Shown here in pieces: positions 1-10,022 of a stretch of 64,000 nucleotides of DNA. Both the position numbers and the translations under genes were made by a program. Below the pieces are notes generated by a model that made no database searches, was not told where the DNA came from, and was given only the letters and a program-made list of their open reading frames with translations. Origin of the DNA: Dehalococcoidia bacterium (GTDB lineage: Bacteria > Chloroflexota > Dehalococcoidia > DSTF01 > RBG-16-68-14); NCBI GenBank assembly GCA_040902195.1, contig JBBDXS010000011.1, positions 86,398 through 150,397 of the forward strand. The letters run 5' to 3'. Each line of letters starts with the position of its first letter. The first letter of the stretch is position 1.

Positions 1-361
1 AGCCGTCCTGCAGGAGCAGAAGGAATCGAGAAAACGGACTGAGGATCTGCGGCAGCGCGAACGTCGCGAGCATCGTCGCGAAGGAGAGGCGGAGCTGATA
101 GCCGAACGTGGCGCCCGGCAGCCCGAAGGCGCGGTGGATATCGATCCAACGGAACGTGCGTAGCAGAATGATCAGCTCCATCGCGGCGAGCGCGGCCAGC
201 CCCCAGGCGATGTTCATGCCGGCCAGCGCGTCGCGCAGCTTGCCGTAGTCGACGACGCGGACGAGCAGCACAATCAGCACGATGGGGCCGATGGCGCGCA
301 GCCCCCACTGGCCGAGCTTGCGCGCGGTGGGTGACGTCAGCGAGCGGTAGATTCGATTCAT
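1..361 (-). CDS. Polytopic membrane protein, N-terminal part (gene runs off window start); resembles flippase-like / lysyl-PG-synthase TM-region (UPF0104) family
   Basis: Own translation of the minus strand from ATG (complement of 359-361): MNRIYRSLTSPTARKLGQWGLRAIGPIVLIVLLVRVVDYGKLRDALAGMNIAWGLAALAAMELIILLRTFRWIDIHRAF... It is open to the window edge, GC3-rich and hydrophobic. It is absent from the ORF track because it is truncated. Confidence 0.5.
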   Translation of the reverse strand, partial: MNRIYRSLTSPTARKLGQWGLRAIGPIVLIVLLVRVVDYGKLRDALAGMNIAWGLAALAAMELIILLRTFRWIDIHRAFGLPGATFGYQLRLSFATMLATFALPQILSPFSRFLLLLQDG

Positions 362-579
362 CGGCAAACGCGACGATAACACCGGCCCGAACGGTCGTCA
401 ATCGGGCCACCCATCTACATCATCGTATCTTGTCTGCGTTTGTTGCAGTGCCAGCCGGACTCTTTATGGACGGCTCGGCGTTATGGTAGCCTGGGCTCAC
501 GTTGGCGCGGGTGCGAGCGCAGGTAACGACTTCGACGCCCCGCTCGTTCTTCCAATAGACGTGAAAGGGACTGCAATTC

Positions 580-2733
580 TTGGCTAAGGAAGCCCATCAG
601 GAGCTTTCCGGCGTGGCGCGCGAGGGCTGGCAGCGCCGGCTCGACGGCGCGTTAGCCAACCGCGCGCTCTGGGCCCCCGTGACGGGCCTGGCCATGCTTG
701 GCCTACTCATGACCGTCCTCCTGCGGGCGCCGCTTGCCGCGCTACCCGGGTACTCAGCCGTTGGCCTGACGTTCCTGATCGTGATCGTGCTACCGGGGTT
801 CGTCGTGCAGCGCGCCGTGCTGACGGCCAAGGCTGACATCGCCGTGCGGCTGGCGGTCTCGCCGGCGCTGGGGCTGGGGATCATGGCGCTGCCGGGGTTC
901 GTCGCGCTGGAGGCGCATACGGACCTCCAGGCGTTCGAAGTGATGTACGCGTGCTTCGCTGCGCTCGCCTGCGGCGCGGCGGTGCTGTTCTATCGAGATG
1001 TCACCGACGACGGCGAGCCCGTCGATCCGGAGGGCGGGCGCGGCAGCCTTGTGCTGCTCGCGATGCTCGCGATCGTCTGCGGCGGGGTGTTGACGACACC
1101 CCTCTGGGCGTCCGACCGTCTCGCCGCGGACTTCGATGACTGGACGTACATGGCCTACGTCCGCGAATTCCTTGACACCGACCACCTGAACCAGGACGAG
1201 CCGTTCCTCGGCACCGGCGCTGACGTAAACCCGCGCATGCGCGACAACGTCTGGGTGCTCTCCCAGGCGACGATCTCCGACGCGGCGGGCGTGCCGCCGC
1301 ACATGCTGCTCCTGCAGTTCCAGAGGCCGATCTTAACGGTCTGCGCGCTCGCCGCCATGTACGCGTTGACGCGCATATTGTTCGGCAAGCGGTCGATTGC
1401 GCTGCTCGCAGTGGCGTTCATGGCGGGCTACGGCCTGCTCGATCTCTCCGCGCACGAAGGGTTCGGGCGGAACCTCTACCTGCGCATCAGCGAAGACAAG
1501 ATGGCCTCGGCCTGGGTGATCTTTCCCGTCGGGCTGCTCTTCTTGACACGATTCGTTCAGGCGCCGTCCCGCGCGACGTATGCGGGCTTCGTGCTCGTGG
1601 TGCTGGCGGTGGCGTTCGTGCATCCGGTGCCGCTCGTATTTCTCGGCGCCGCGATCGCGGCGCTGGCGGCGATCCGGCTCGCGATGGAGCGCGACATTCG
1701 CACGTTGATAGCGCCCGCGCTGCTTGCGCTGCCCGTCGGACTCGCGGCCATCTGGCCGTTCGTGCAGCGGCAACTCCTCGTGAACGTCGCGCCGGACCTG
1801 TTCGAGACGGACGCCAGCTCGATCACGTTCCGGGACCAGTTCCACATCGTCGATCTTGGGCACGGCGTCCTGATGGGTAACTACCACATGATCCTGCACC
1901 CGCTCGTGATCCTGGCAATCGTGCTTACGCCGTTCGTGTGGCTCGCGGCGCGCAAGAGCGCAGGCCACCAGCTCGTGCTCGCGATGACCAGTGGAGCGCT
2001 GGTCGTGTTCTTCGTGCCGGTCATCGCGACGGTTGTTGCCCGGGGGATGACGCCGCCGACGCTGTGGAAGGTGCCTTGGATGATCCCAACCGCGCCCGTG
2101 CTCGCGTTCGCGACGTTCCGGTTCGCCGCGATGGTCCGCGCGTGGCGGCCGCTGCGACTTGTCTTCGGCGGGCGGCGGCTGGGCACGCTCACATCGGCGC
2201 TGCTGCCCGGCTTCGCCGTCGCCGTTGTGCTGGCGAGCGCCGTTGTCGTGATGGAGCAGTACCGTCGCGCGGACGGCAAGGCGTTCTACGACTGGACGAG
2301 CACTGACACCGTCGTGCCCGGTACCAACGAGTCGATCTTCCGCGGCGGCATCGACCGCTCGTTCAGCGCGGCCTGGCGGCTGGACCCGTCCCAGCGCGGG
2401 CTCTTGGAATACCTGGACCGGACAATCCCGCCCGGCTCCGTGGTGCTGGCCGAGCCGTTGATCTTCAATCGCTTTATTCCTGGGACGCTGACGGGTGTCT
2501 CGCCCGTTGACTTCGGTGGAACGGCGGGTGCAGGACAGCGTCGCATCGAGGCCGTCGCGTTCGCGAACGGCCAGCTCTCCGTCCCAGAGCTCCGGGCGGT
2601 CGTGAATAACTACAGCGTAGACTACATCCTCGTGTCGGAGCTAGGGCCGGCAGGCGAGCTCGCGCGCAGCCTTCCGGAAGCGGAACTGGTGAGCGAGCAT
2701 TCCGCGTACAACCTCTATCAGGTCGCCCAGTAG
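580..2733 (+). CDS. Large polytopic membrane protein, putative GT-C-type glycosyltransferase; paralog of 29613..32207
   Basis: 717-aa ORF with a TTG start preceded by aaaggga. It has many hydrophobic helices and a soluble C-terminal part. The block DDWTYMAYV...LLAVAFMAGYGLLDLSAHEGFGRNLYLRISEDKM is shared with the 864-aa protein. Confidence 0.75.
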   Translation: MAKEAHQELSGVAREGWQRRLDGALANRALWAPVTGLAMLGLLMTVLLRAPLAALPGYSAVGLTFLIVIVLPGFVVQRAVLTAKADIAVRLAVSPALGLGIMALPGFVALEAHTDLQAFEVMYACFAALACGAAVLFYRDVTDDGEPVDPEGGRGSLVLLAMLAIVCGGVLTTPLWASDRLAADFDDWTYMAYVREFLDTDHLNQDEPFLGTGADVNPRMRDNVWVLSQATISDAAGVPPHMLLLQFQRPILTVCALAAMYALTRILFGKRSIALLAVAFMAGYGLLDLSAHEGFGRNLYLRISEDKMASAWVIFPVGLLFLTRFVQAPSRATYAGFVLVVLAVAFVHPVPLVFLGAAIAALAAIRLAMERDIRTLIAPALLALPVGLAAIWPFVQRQLLVNVAPDLFETDASSITFRDQFHIVDLGHGVLMGNYHMILHPLVILAIVLTPFVWLAARKSAGHQLVLAMTSGALVVFFVPVIATVVARGMTPPTLWKVPWMIPTAPVLAFATFRFAAMVRAWRPLRLVFGGRRLGTLTSALLPGFAVAVVLASAVVVMEQYRRADGKAFYDWTSTDTVVPGTNESIFRGGIDRSFSAAWRLDPSQRGLLEYLDRTIPPGSVVLAEPLIFNRFIPGTLTGVSPVDFGGTAGAGQRRIEAVAFANGQLSVPELRAVVNNYSVDYILVSELGPAGELARSLPEAELVSEHSAYNLYQVAQ

Positions 2734-2916
2734 GGCTCGTTGCAAGCCTTCGCTACTTGACAGCTTCTGTATAATGTGTCGAGGCTCGTCGTATCCGGGG
2801 CCTGTCTGTCTCAGGTGGTACGCCTATCCAGGGCGCAACACTTGGGGACGACTGATCGTTAACAGAGGCGCGTCCCCTGATAGGGGGCTTCGCAGCTTCA
2901 TCAGCCGGAGGGTTCA

Positions 2917-4113
2917 TTGGCAATCACCAGAGCCACTCAGCCGGGCAAGCCCGGCGCCAAGCAGGCAAGCGTCCGCACCGTCTCTAGTGAGCACGACCTC
3001 GACGTGTCGGTTGTTCTCCCGTGCCTGAACGAGGAGACGACCGTCGCCGCGTGCGTTGAGAAGGCGCTGGCGTGGTTCGAGGCCGCCGGCGTCCGCGGCG
3101 AGGTCATCGTAGTCGATAACGGCTCGACCGACCGCTCGCGCGAGGAAGCGCTGCGAGCGGGCGCGCGCGTCATTGATGAACAGGTCCGTGGCTACGGCGC
3201 GGCACACTTGCGCGGCTTCAACGAGTCCCGCGGCAAGCTCATCGTGATGGCGGATGCGGACGACACATACGACCTGCGCAACCTCGATCCGCTCATCGAG
3301 CCGCTCTACAAGGGCTGCGACATGACGATCGGCAATCGCATGCACGATATGGAGCCGGGCGCCATGACGTGGAGCCACCGCGTGATCGGCACGCCGGCGA
3401 TCTCTTGGCTGCTGGCGGTCTTTGCCGGATCGCGCGTCGGCGACTCGCAGTGCGGGCTGCGCGCGTTTACACGCGAGGCGTACGAGAAGATGGAGCTCCG
3501 CTCGCGCGGGATGGAGCTCGCGTCGGAGATGCTCCTGAAGGCGTTCCGGCGCGACCTAAAGGTCGTCGAGGTGCCGACTCCGTATGCGGTGCGCAAGGGC
3601 GAGAGCAAGCTGAACACCTTCCGCGACGGTTGGCGTCACCTGCGCTTCTTGTTGCTGCATACCCCGCTCTACCTCTACCTGCTCCCCGGGCTGGCGCTCG
3701 CGCTCCTCGGCATCCTCTCGCTGGCAATCACGCTCGGCACCGCGAGCGGCGTGACGATCGGCGACCTGCAATGGCAGCCGGTGTTCGCGGGCGGCATCCT
3801 GATCATCGTCGGCACAAACGCGATGATGATCGGCGTGGCGACACATCTCTACGCGGCGTCGCGTGGCATTATTGTCGAGGATGGGCTGACGGACTTCTTC
3901 CGCAAGCAAGTATCGCTCGAGCGCGTGCTCGGCCTCGCGTTCGCGCTCGTCGCGCTCGGTGTTGGGCTCGACGGGCTGATCTTCTACGAGTGGCTGAGCG
4001 GCCGCGATCTCATCGCGACGGACGGCGTCGCCGCCATCGCGCAGACGAGCATCATCGTGGGCGCGAACCTGGGTCTCGGCGGTTTTCTGATCGCGCTCAT
4101 GGACGTGGACTAG
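2917..4113 (+). CDS. Family 2 glycosyltransferase (polyprenol-phosphate sugar transferase-like) with C-terminal TM helices
   Basis: VSVVLPCLNEE...VIVVDNGSTDRS...ADADDTYD matches the GT2 DxD architecture. There are 3-4 C-terminal TM helices. TTG start with ggaggg 5 nt upstream. Confidence 0.85.
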   Translation: MAITRATQPGKPGAKQASVRTVSSEHDLDVSVVLPCLNEETTVAACVEKALAWFEAAGVRGEVIVVDNGSTDRSREEALRAGARVIDEQVRGYGAAHLRGFNESRGKLIVMADADDTYDLRNLDPLIEPLYKGCDMTIGNRMHDMEPGAMTWSHRVIGTPAISWLLAVFAGSRVGDSQCGLRAFTREAYEKMELRSRGMELASEMLLKAFRRDLKVVEVPTPYAVRKGESKLNTFRDGWRHLRFLLLHTPLYLYLLPGLALALLGILSLAITLGTASGVTIGDLQWQPVFAGGILIIVGTNAMMIGVATHLYAASRGIIVEDGLTDFFRKQVSLERVLGLAFALVALGVGLDGLIFYEWLSGRDLIATDGVAAIAQTSIIVGANLGLGGFLIALMDVD

Positions 4114-4127
4114 CCCGCCCACCCTCG

Positions 4128-5159
4128 ATGGCTGAGCAGGCCGGCCCGTCTCCTCCCTCCGACCGCCCTATCGCAAGCGTTATTCTCCTCGGCTTCAACC
4201 GGCGGCGCTTTATCGAAGACTGCCTGTCGTCCGTGCTGGACCAGGACCTCGGGCGGCCGTACGAGGTCGTGTTCGTCGATAACGGCTCGATGGACGGCTC
4301 GCCGGACCTGGTGCGAGAGCGTTTCCCGCAAGTGCGCGTCATCGAGAACGGCAAGAACTACGGCTACGCCGAGGGGAACAACATCGGCTACCGCCACTCG
4401 CGCGGCGAATACCTGGTCTTCCTGAACGACGACACCGTCGTCCACCGTTCCTGGCTTCGCACGCTCATCGAGGCGGTTGAGTCGTCGCCGGAGATCGGGG
4501 CGGGCCACGCGAACATCGTGCAGCCGTGGTACCCGGAGTTCGCCGGCATGTCAGAGCGGGCGGACGCGCCTGCGGCTTACACGTCAGAGGCGAACCGGCT
4601 GGGCTACATCCGCTATCACGAGCTGCCGTCGATCGACCGGCTGTACGACACGGTGTTCCTGCACGGCGTCTGCATCATCTTGCGCCGCAGCGTTGCCGAG
4701 CAGATGGACTACATCTTCGACCCGGACTTCTTCGCCTACGCGGAGGACCTTGACCTGGGGCTGCGCGTGCGAGCGCTGGGTTACCGTTCCGTCGCCGTAC
4801 CGAAAGCCGTGGTCTACCACAAGCACGCGCTGAAGACCGACCTGAGCTGGGGCACCGTGGTGAAGACGGTGCGCATCATCCGCAATCGATACCTGGCGTT
4901 CTATAAAGTAATGTCGGGCTGGGAGTTCGCGCTGATGGTGCCGCTGCTGACGATCGGCGCCCCGCTCAACGCAGGCGAGTTCGGCCTCGACCGCGCGCGA
5001 CGGGTCCTCTACGGCATCGCCCTCGTGCCGGCGACGGCTGCAGCGCTGATCGTGACGGCGGTGCAGCTGCGGCAGTTCTCGGCAAAGCGGCGGCGTATCC
5101 GCGATTCGTCGCGCCGGGGCAGCTCGTGGTGCCTGCGCGCGATCTGGAGCGGGGTCTAA
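4128..5159 (+). CDS. Family 2 glycosyltransferase
   Basis: The true start is taken as the in-frame ATG at 4128 within the 3369..5159 ORF. ASVILLGFNRRRFIEDCLSSVLDQD...VVFVDNGSMDGS...FLNDDTVV...EDLDLGLR are GT2 motifs. The upstream part of the ORF overlaps the previous gene and is Arg-rich junk. Confidence 0.85.
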   Translation: MAEQAGPSPPSDRPIASVILLGFNRRRFIEDCLSSVLDQDLGRPYEVVFVDNGSMDGSPDLVRERFPQVRVIENGKNYGYAEGNNIGYRHSRGEYLVFLNDDTVVHRSWLRTLIEAVESSPEIGAGHANIVQPWYPEFAGMSERADAPAAYTSEANRLGYIRYHELPSIDRLYDTVFLHGVCIILRRSVAEQMDYIFDPDFFAYAEDLDLGLRVRALGYRSVAVPKAVVYHKHALKTDLSWGTVVKTVRIIRNRYLAFYKVMSGWEFALMVPLLTIGAPLNAGEFGLDRARRVLYGIALVPATAAALIVTAVQLRQFSAKRRRIRDSSRRGSSWCLRAIWSGV

Positions 5160-8002
5160 GGGACGACGGCTACCGGTCCCTGGTAGGGGACAACGTCCGA
5201 TAAGCTCGCGTTCGAGCCCGACGGCGCGCTCACGAGCGACAGCGTGACGCCGGCGTATGCAGGACGCACCTCGAACGTCTGAACGATCTCGATCGCGTGC
5301 GGGCCGCGCGTGAGAGTCGCGAAAACGTCGAGGCTCGTCCGCGGGCCGGATGCATCGCCCGCCGCGATCTGTTGCCCGTCGATAAGCAGCGAAACCCTGC
5401 CCTGCCGGAACTCTACGCGCAGCTTGTAGTCGCCCGGCTGCTCAACGTTCCAGACGCCGCGCCAGCTCTCCTCGGTAAGGAAGACCTCCTGCTCGATGAG
5501 AGCGGGCGGCGCTGACGCTTCGACGATGATCGGCAGCGATTCGTGCGGCGAGAATTCGATGCGCTGCGTTGTGAGCATGGCGCGATCGCTCACCAGCCCA
5601 AGGACGCGTTCGTGCACCCAGCCACTGAGGCTACGGAGCGGAAACAAGTCATCAAGCGCCATCGGGCGTGGCTGGCCGTCCGCCGTGACCCAAGCCAGCC
5701 GCAGTGACCGGGTGGACCCTATCTCAAACAGGGAGATTTCGACGGTGTGCCAGCCCTGCGCGAGATCTCGCAAAGAGGAGCTCGACGTGCCGTTCTCGAG
5801 GACGGGGCGACCGATGAAGCCCTGCCCGTCGAGAATGATCGTCGCGCCGCTCGCACCGCCAGCCAGCTCGAGCGAGTACTGCCCGCCTTCCGGGAGATAG
5901 ACGAGCCCGCGCCAGCGCACCGTGAACGGCGGTCCGAGAAGGTCCGGCCGCGTGTCCTGTGCCAGGTCGTTCAGCGGATCGATGCGCGTCATCGCGGGTT
6001 CGCTCGCGCCGGCCGGGAAGTATTCGCCGTAGAGGCCGTGCTGCGCCAGCGCCTGCGCGCTGGCGAAACGCCAGCCCGCGTAGGTAAAGTAGCCGCCCGG
6101 ACCGGCGATGACGTCGGAGGGTGCGCCCAGGTCAGGATAGGCGCGCTGGAGCTGCGCGATGATGTCATCGATGGATGCGAACGGGTCGGAAAAGCCGAAC
6201 GTGACCGGCGCGCCCTCCGGCAGGCCACGCAACGGCCACGCCTCCTCAGGCGCGGCAAGCTGCACGCCCTCGAGATCGTGGCAGACCCACGCTGAGTCGC
6301 TCCACGCCCCGAGCTTCTCGCGATACGTCTCGTGCGGTGCGGCAAGGCCCGGGAGCTGCGGTATATTCACAAAGGCGACGGAGTAGTTGTCGTCGCCGCT
6401 CTGACGTTGCTCGTTACAGAGCGTGTAGATGCGAGCAGCGTCGGTTGCGTACACCTGCTGGATGCCGTGCAGGTTGGCGATGTCGTTGAACAGCGTATCG
6501 GCGTTGGACCAGCACGCGAATGCCGCGACGATCGCGAGGATGCCGGCGAACGCACGCGTACCGCCGCTGCCGAAGCGTCGCAACACGAGCGCCCGGACAT
6601 CTTCAACGAGCAGCGCTACGAGCACGACGAACGCCGGCAGGACGCCCATGAGCTTCCAGGGCGCGAAGTTCGCGAGCACGAGCGCGGCCGCAAAGCCACT
6701 GACGACGATCCATGCCACGAAGTAGAGCCGAAACCCGCGCATGAATAACGCCACGCCCGCGATCAGCCCCGCAACGCTGAGCCAGCCGAGCACGGGATCG
6801 AGCAGCTCGCGGTCGGGGAGGTCTCGCGGCGGTGAGGTCGGATAGCTGTTGGGGCCGGCTGGCAAGAACACTTCGACGACAAGTTTCGTCTGCTCGCGCC
6901 AGTTGTCCTTGATGCGTTCGCCCGCCGTCCCTTCGTTGCGGTGTAACGACGTGAGGTAGACGTCGTGGCCGTGCTGCTCGCCGATGATGATCGGGATGAC
7001 GACAATGCCCGCGCCCATGAGAAACACGAGTACCGGCCTCCACGCGATTCGCCACAGCGCTTTCGCGCGCTCACGCGCGGCATCGAGCTGGAGCGGCGGC
7101 CGGAACGCGATCTCCCAGACGGCGGCCGCGCCGGCGAAGCCGGCCGCCACGATGGGCACGATCTTGAACGCTTCGTACTCGTAGGAGATCAACCCGGCGA
7201 CAATGCCCGCACCGAGCGCCGCGGCCGCGCTGCGCTTTCGGACCGCGACGACCAGTAGGAGCGAGAAGAGGACGGTTTCGATCGTGCCCTCCGTCGCTTG
7301 GCGCGCGCGCAGCGACGGCCACCACGCGGCCGCATACAAGGCGAGCCCGAACAGGGCGACAGGTACGCTGACGAGCTGTCGCAGCAGCAGGTAGAGGAAC
7401 ACCAGCGTGACCAGCGCCATGATCGGGAAGAAGAAGCGCAGCCCGAACGCGTCGTAATCGAAAAGCAGGAAGCCAAGCGCGGAGCCCCAGCGACCCAGGA
7501 GGAAGAACAGCGGCCGTTCGCCCTCCAGCGTTCGATAGGCCACGCCACCATTGATGTTCTCCTCGCAGCACAGGCCGTTCTCAGGCGGCAGCGCACTGCC
7601 GATGCGGTACAGCCGCATGAACACACCGAAGGCAAAGATGAGGAGAAACAGCGCGATCTCGACGCGGTGCGCTTGCACGAAGTCGATGGCGGACGCCGCC
7701 CACTCGCGCGGGCGTGTCGATGGACGGCGTGGCCGCCACGCAACGAGCAACGCCGACAGCAGCGCGAGGCCCAGCCACGGCAGCGCCTGGTCGTGGTTGT
7801 CGAGCACCGGGCTTATGGAGGGCGAGCTCGCGTCGAGCACGCGCGCGCCGATGTACGCGAACACTGCGGCGGCGGCGAACGCGAGCGCGCGCACGGCGGC
7901 CCAGCCGCGCAGCGGCAGCTTCGCCAGCAGGGTAGAGAGAGAAGCGGAGGGAGGCCGGTCGCTAGTCACGCCAGCCGCTCCCTTCTGCTGCACTGAGCGC
8001 AT
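5156..8002 (-). CDS. Polytopic ArnT/PMT-like (GT-C) membrane glycosyltransferase fused to C-terminal PA14-like carbohydrate-binding module(s)
   Basis: 948 aa. The N-terminal ~550 aa are multi-TM. The C-terminus has GLYGEYFPAG...FTVRWRGLVYLPEGGQYSLELAGGASGATIILDGQ (PA14 signature) and a second, degenerate copy (WRGVWNVEQPGDYKLRVEF...LLIDGQ). Confidence 0.8.
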   Translation of the reverse strand: MRSVQQKGAAGVTSDRPPSASLSTLLAKLPLRGWAAVRALAFAAAAVFAYIGARVLDASSPSISPVLDNHDQALPWLGLALLSALLVAWRPRRPSTRPREWAASAIDFVQAHRVEIALFLLIFAFGVFMRLYRIGSALPPENGLCCEENINGGVAYRTLEGERPLFFLLGRWGSALGFLLFDYDAFGLRFFFPIMALVTLVFLYLLLRQLVSVPVALFGLALYAAAWWPSLRARQATEGTIETVLFSLLLVVAVRKRSAAAALGAGIVAGLISYEYEAFKIVPIVAAGFAGAAAVWEIAFRPPLQLDAARERAKALWRIAWRPVLVFLMGAGIVVIPIIIGEQHGHDVYLTSLHRNEGTAGERIKDNWREQTKLVVEVFLPAGPNSYPTSPPRDLPDRELLDPVLGWLSVAGLIAGVALFMRGFRLYFVAWIVVSGFAAALVLANFAPWKLMGVLPAFVVLVALLVEDVRALVLRRFGSGGTRAFAGILAIVAAFACWSNADTLFNDIANLHGIQQVYATDAARIYTLCNEQRQSGDDNYSVAFVNIPQLPGLAAPHETYREKLGAWSDSAWVCHDLEGVQLAAPEEAWPLRGLPEGAPVTFGFSDPFASIDDIIAQLQRAYPDLGAPSDVIAGPGGYFTYAGWRFASAQALAQHGLYGEYFPAGASEPAMTRIDPLNDLAQDTRPDLLGPPFTVRWRGLVYLPEGGQYSLELAGGASGATIILDGQGFIGRPVLENGTSSSSLRDLAQGWHTVEISLFEIGSTRSLRLAWVTADGQPRPMALDDLFPLRSLSGWVHERVLGLVSDRAMLTTQRIEFSPHESLPIIVEASAPPALIEQEVFLTEESWRGVWNVEQPGDYKLRVEFRQGRVSLLIDGQQIAAGDASGPRTSLDVFATLTRGPHAIEIVQTFEVRPAYAGVTLSLVSAPSGSNASLSDVVPYQGPVAVVP

Positions 8003-8055
8003 TCTTCAAGTCGAATTGATTCTACCCCTCAAGCGTGCGGGCTGCGAGACTCCTT

Positions 8056-8082
8056 GTCATCCTGAGCGAAGCGAAGGATCTA
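8056..8082 (+). repeat. Dispersed GTCATYCTGAGC...GAAGRATCT element (family A)
   Basis: gtcatcctgagcgaagcgaaggatct. Related copies lie at 9843, 10811, 20575, 21826 and 24524, with an inverted copy at 24651. Confidence 0.7.
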
Positions 8083-8192
8083 GCCCCACGGGAGGCCGTG
8101 GCGCCCGTTCCGCCGCCGCTGGCGCAACAGAGGGCTTCGCATGTATTCGTCACGCCGATGGTATGCTAGTCGCCAGCCCCAAGGAGGAAGTC

Positions 8193-9548
8193 ATGGACAT
8201 CGATCAAGTGGCGCGCATCATCGCCGAGCAGAACATCGAGGTGGTGAAGCTGGGCGGCTCCGACATGGACGGCGTCTTTCGCGGCAAACGTATCCTCGCA
8301 GATGAGTTCGTCTCGGGCTGCCGCGCCGCCGGCTTCCCCCAGTGCGAGGTCATCTTCGGCTGGGACATCGCGGAGCAGCTCATCGATGGCGTCGCGGTCG
8401 GTAGCGCGCAGACCGGGTTCGCCGACGTCCTGATGCAACCCGACCTCTCGACGTTCCGCGTCGTGCCGTGGGAGCCCAGCGCGGCCGCTGTCGTGTGTGA
8501 CTACGCTACGGAAGAAGGCGAGCCGCTCGCCGTGTCGCCGCGACAGGTGCTACGGCGCGTCATCGAGCGCGCGGCGGGCGCAGGGTACCTCGCAAAGATG
8601 GCCGTCGAGCTGGAGGTGCGCATCTTCCGCGAAGACCAGCAGTCGCTGCGTGCCAAAGACTACCGCGATCTGCAGCCGATCTCACCCGGGCTGAACTGCT
8701 ACAGCATCCACCACGCCAGTCTCGACGAGGATGTTGTCGGACGCATCCGGCGCCTGATGAGCGAGTACGGCATACCGGTTGAAGGCTACAACCGCGAGCA
8801 CGGCGAAGGGATGTACGAGCTTAACCTCCAGTACGCCGACGCGCTGACCGCAGCCGACCGCGCGTTACTCTACAAGAGCGGCGCCAAGGAGATCGCGGCC
8901 GCCTGCGGCGCCGTCCCGACGTTCATGGCGAAGTACTCGGACCGGATGGACGGCTGCAGCGGGCATATGCACCAGAGCTTGTGGTCGCTCGATGGCGAGC
9001 GTCCCGTGTTCTGGGACCCGAGCGCGCCGCACCACGCGTCGAAGGAGTTGCGCGCCTACGTCGCCGGCGTGCTCTCGACGTTGCCCGACTTCATGGCGCT
9101 CTACGCGCCTAACGTCAACTCCTACAAGCGCTTCGTCGCGGGCTCCTGGGCGCCGACAAGTATAACCTGGGGCTTCGATAATCGCACGGCGGCGCTGCGC
9201 GTGATCGGCGGCTCTCCGGGTGCGGCACGCATCGAGAACCGCGTCGCGGGCGCCGACGTCAACGCCTACCTCGGCTTCGCGGCGACGCTCGCGGGCGGCC
9301 TCTACGGCCTCGATCGCGGGCTCGAGCCGCCTCCGCCCGTCGAGGGCGACGCCTACGCGATCGAGGCGCCACGGCTGCCGCGCTCGCTGCCGGAAGCCAT
9401 CGAGCGCTTCGCGTCGAGCGCCGTCGCGCGCGAGTACCTGGGTGACGCGTTCGTCGACCAGTACGCGCGCATGCGCCAGTGGGAGGTCGAGCAGTTCGGC
9501 CGCGCGGTGACCGACTGGGAGCGCCGCCGTTACTTCGAGCAGGTGTAG
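8193..9548 (+). CDS. Glutamine synthetase family protein (type I-like; GlnA/PuuA-like gamma-glutamyl ligase)
   Basis: In-frame ATG at 8193 with aaggagga RBS. MDIDQVARIIAEQNIEVVKL...EVEVRIF...NREHGEGMYELNLQY...SGHMHQSLW...NSYKRF...ENRVAGADVNAYL are GS catalytic-domain motifs. Confidence 0.9.
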   Translation: MDIDQVARIIAEQNIEVVKLGGSDMDGVFRGKRILADEFVSGCRAAGFPQCEVIFGWDIAEQLIDGVAVGSAQTGFADVLMQPDLSTFRVVPWEPSAAAVVCDYATEEGEPLAVSPRQVLRRVIERAAGAGYLAKMAVELEVRIFREDQQSLRAKDYRDLQPISPGLNCYSIHHASLDEDVVGRIRRLMSEYGIPVEGYNREHGEGMYELNLQYADALTAADRALLYKSGAKEIAAACGAVPTFMAKYSDRMDGCSGHMHQSLWSLDGERPVFWDPSAPHHASKELRAYVAGVLSTLPDFMALYAPNVNSYKRFVAGSWAPTSITWGFDNRTAALRVIGGSPGAARIENRVAGADVNAYLGFAATLAGGLYGLDRGLEPPPPVEGDAYAIEAPRLPRSLPEAIERFASSAVAREYLGDAFVDQYARMRQWEVEQFGRAVTDWERRRYFEQV

Positions 9549-9754
9549 CTTCTGGTGAGGAACATGGAACAAGGAACAGCGAACGAGGGATTGATCGATC
9601 TGAGGCCTTCGCCATCTCGTTGCCACACAACGGGAAACGACGGGGTGCAAGGGCAGCGCCCCTGCCGGGGGGCTTGGGGGTGGTCCCCCCAGCCTAACAA
9701 CCTCCCTGGGCGCGCGGGTGGGAACAGTTCAACGAGGGACGAGAAGGAGCCTAA

Positions 9755-9842
9755 ATGCGTCTCAAAGATAAAGTTGCCCTCATCACGGCGACGCCGCTCG
9801 GTCGAATACATGTCGATCAACCGCGAAGCCGCCGCACTGTTT
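9755..9842 (+). pseudogene. Internally deleted remnant of an SDR paralog (5' end plus a few 3' codons)
   Basis: 62 nt (9725-9786) are identical to 9993-10054, covering the RBS and the first 10 codons (MRLKDKVALI) of the SDR gene. The remnant continues into sequence resembling the SDR 3' end (catgtcgatcaac vs catcacgatcaac) and then the same 72-nt flanking element. Confidence 0.5.
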
Positions 9843-9914
9843 GTCATCCTGAGGGGAGTGGGGTAGAGCGCGAAGGGGTGGGGAGCCCGAAGGACCTGAC
9901 AACTCGATCAATCG
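9843..9914 (+). repeat. 72-nt family A-derived element, copy 1
   Basis: gtcatcctgaggggagtggggtagagcgcgaaggggtggggagcccgaaggacctg...gatcaatcg, nearly identical to 10811-10882. Confidence 0.8.
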
Positions 9915-10022
9915 AGCGAAGCTGTGGTATGCATGCCGCGGACGAGAATCTCGTCACAATGGCCACCTGCGCCTCCCCGCAGAAGATGCAATCAGTTCAA
10001 CGAGGGACGAGAAGGAGCCTAA

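Noticed and set aside
2748-2775. Perfect TTGACA and TATAAT hexamers upstream of the first GT2 gene
   Set aside because: The two boxes are only 7 nt apart (acTTGACAgcttctgTATAATg), so they cannot form one sigma-70 promoter. The TATAAT alone may still be a -10 element, but this is unsupported.
3369-4127. N-terminal extensions of track ORFs (also 7551-8192, 32670-33365, 51564-51725, 22443-22547, 25550-25615, 35402-ORF upstream part 36065-36406, 36870-37085)
   Set aside because: The extensions overlap neighbouring genes or repeat-filled spacers and are Arg/Pro-rich. Internal ATG/GTG codons with SD-like sequences give proteins that begin where family homology begins.
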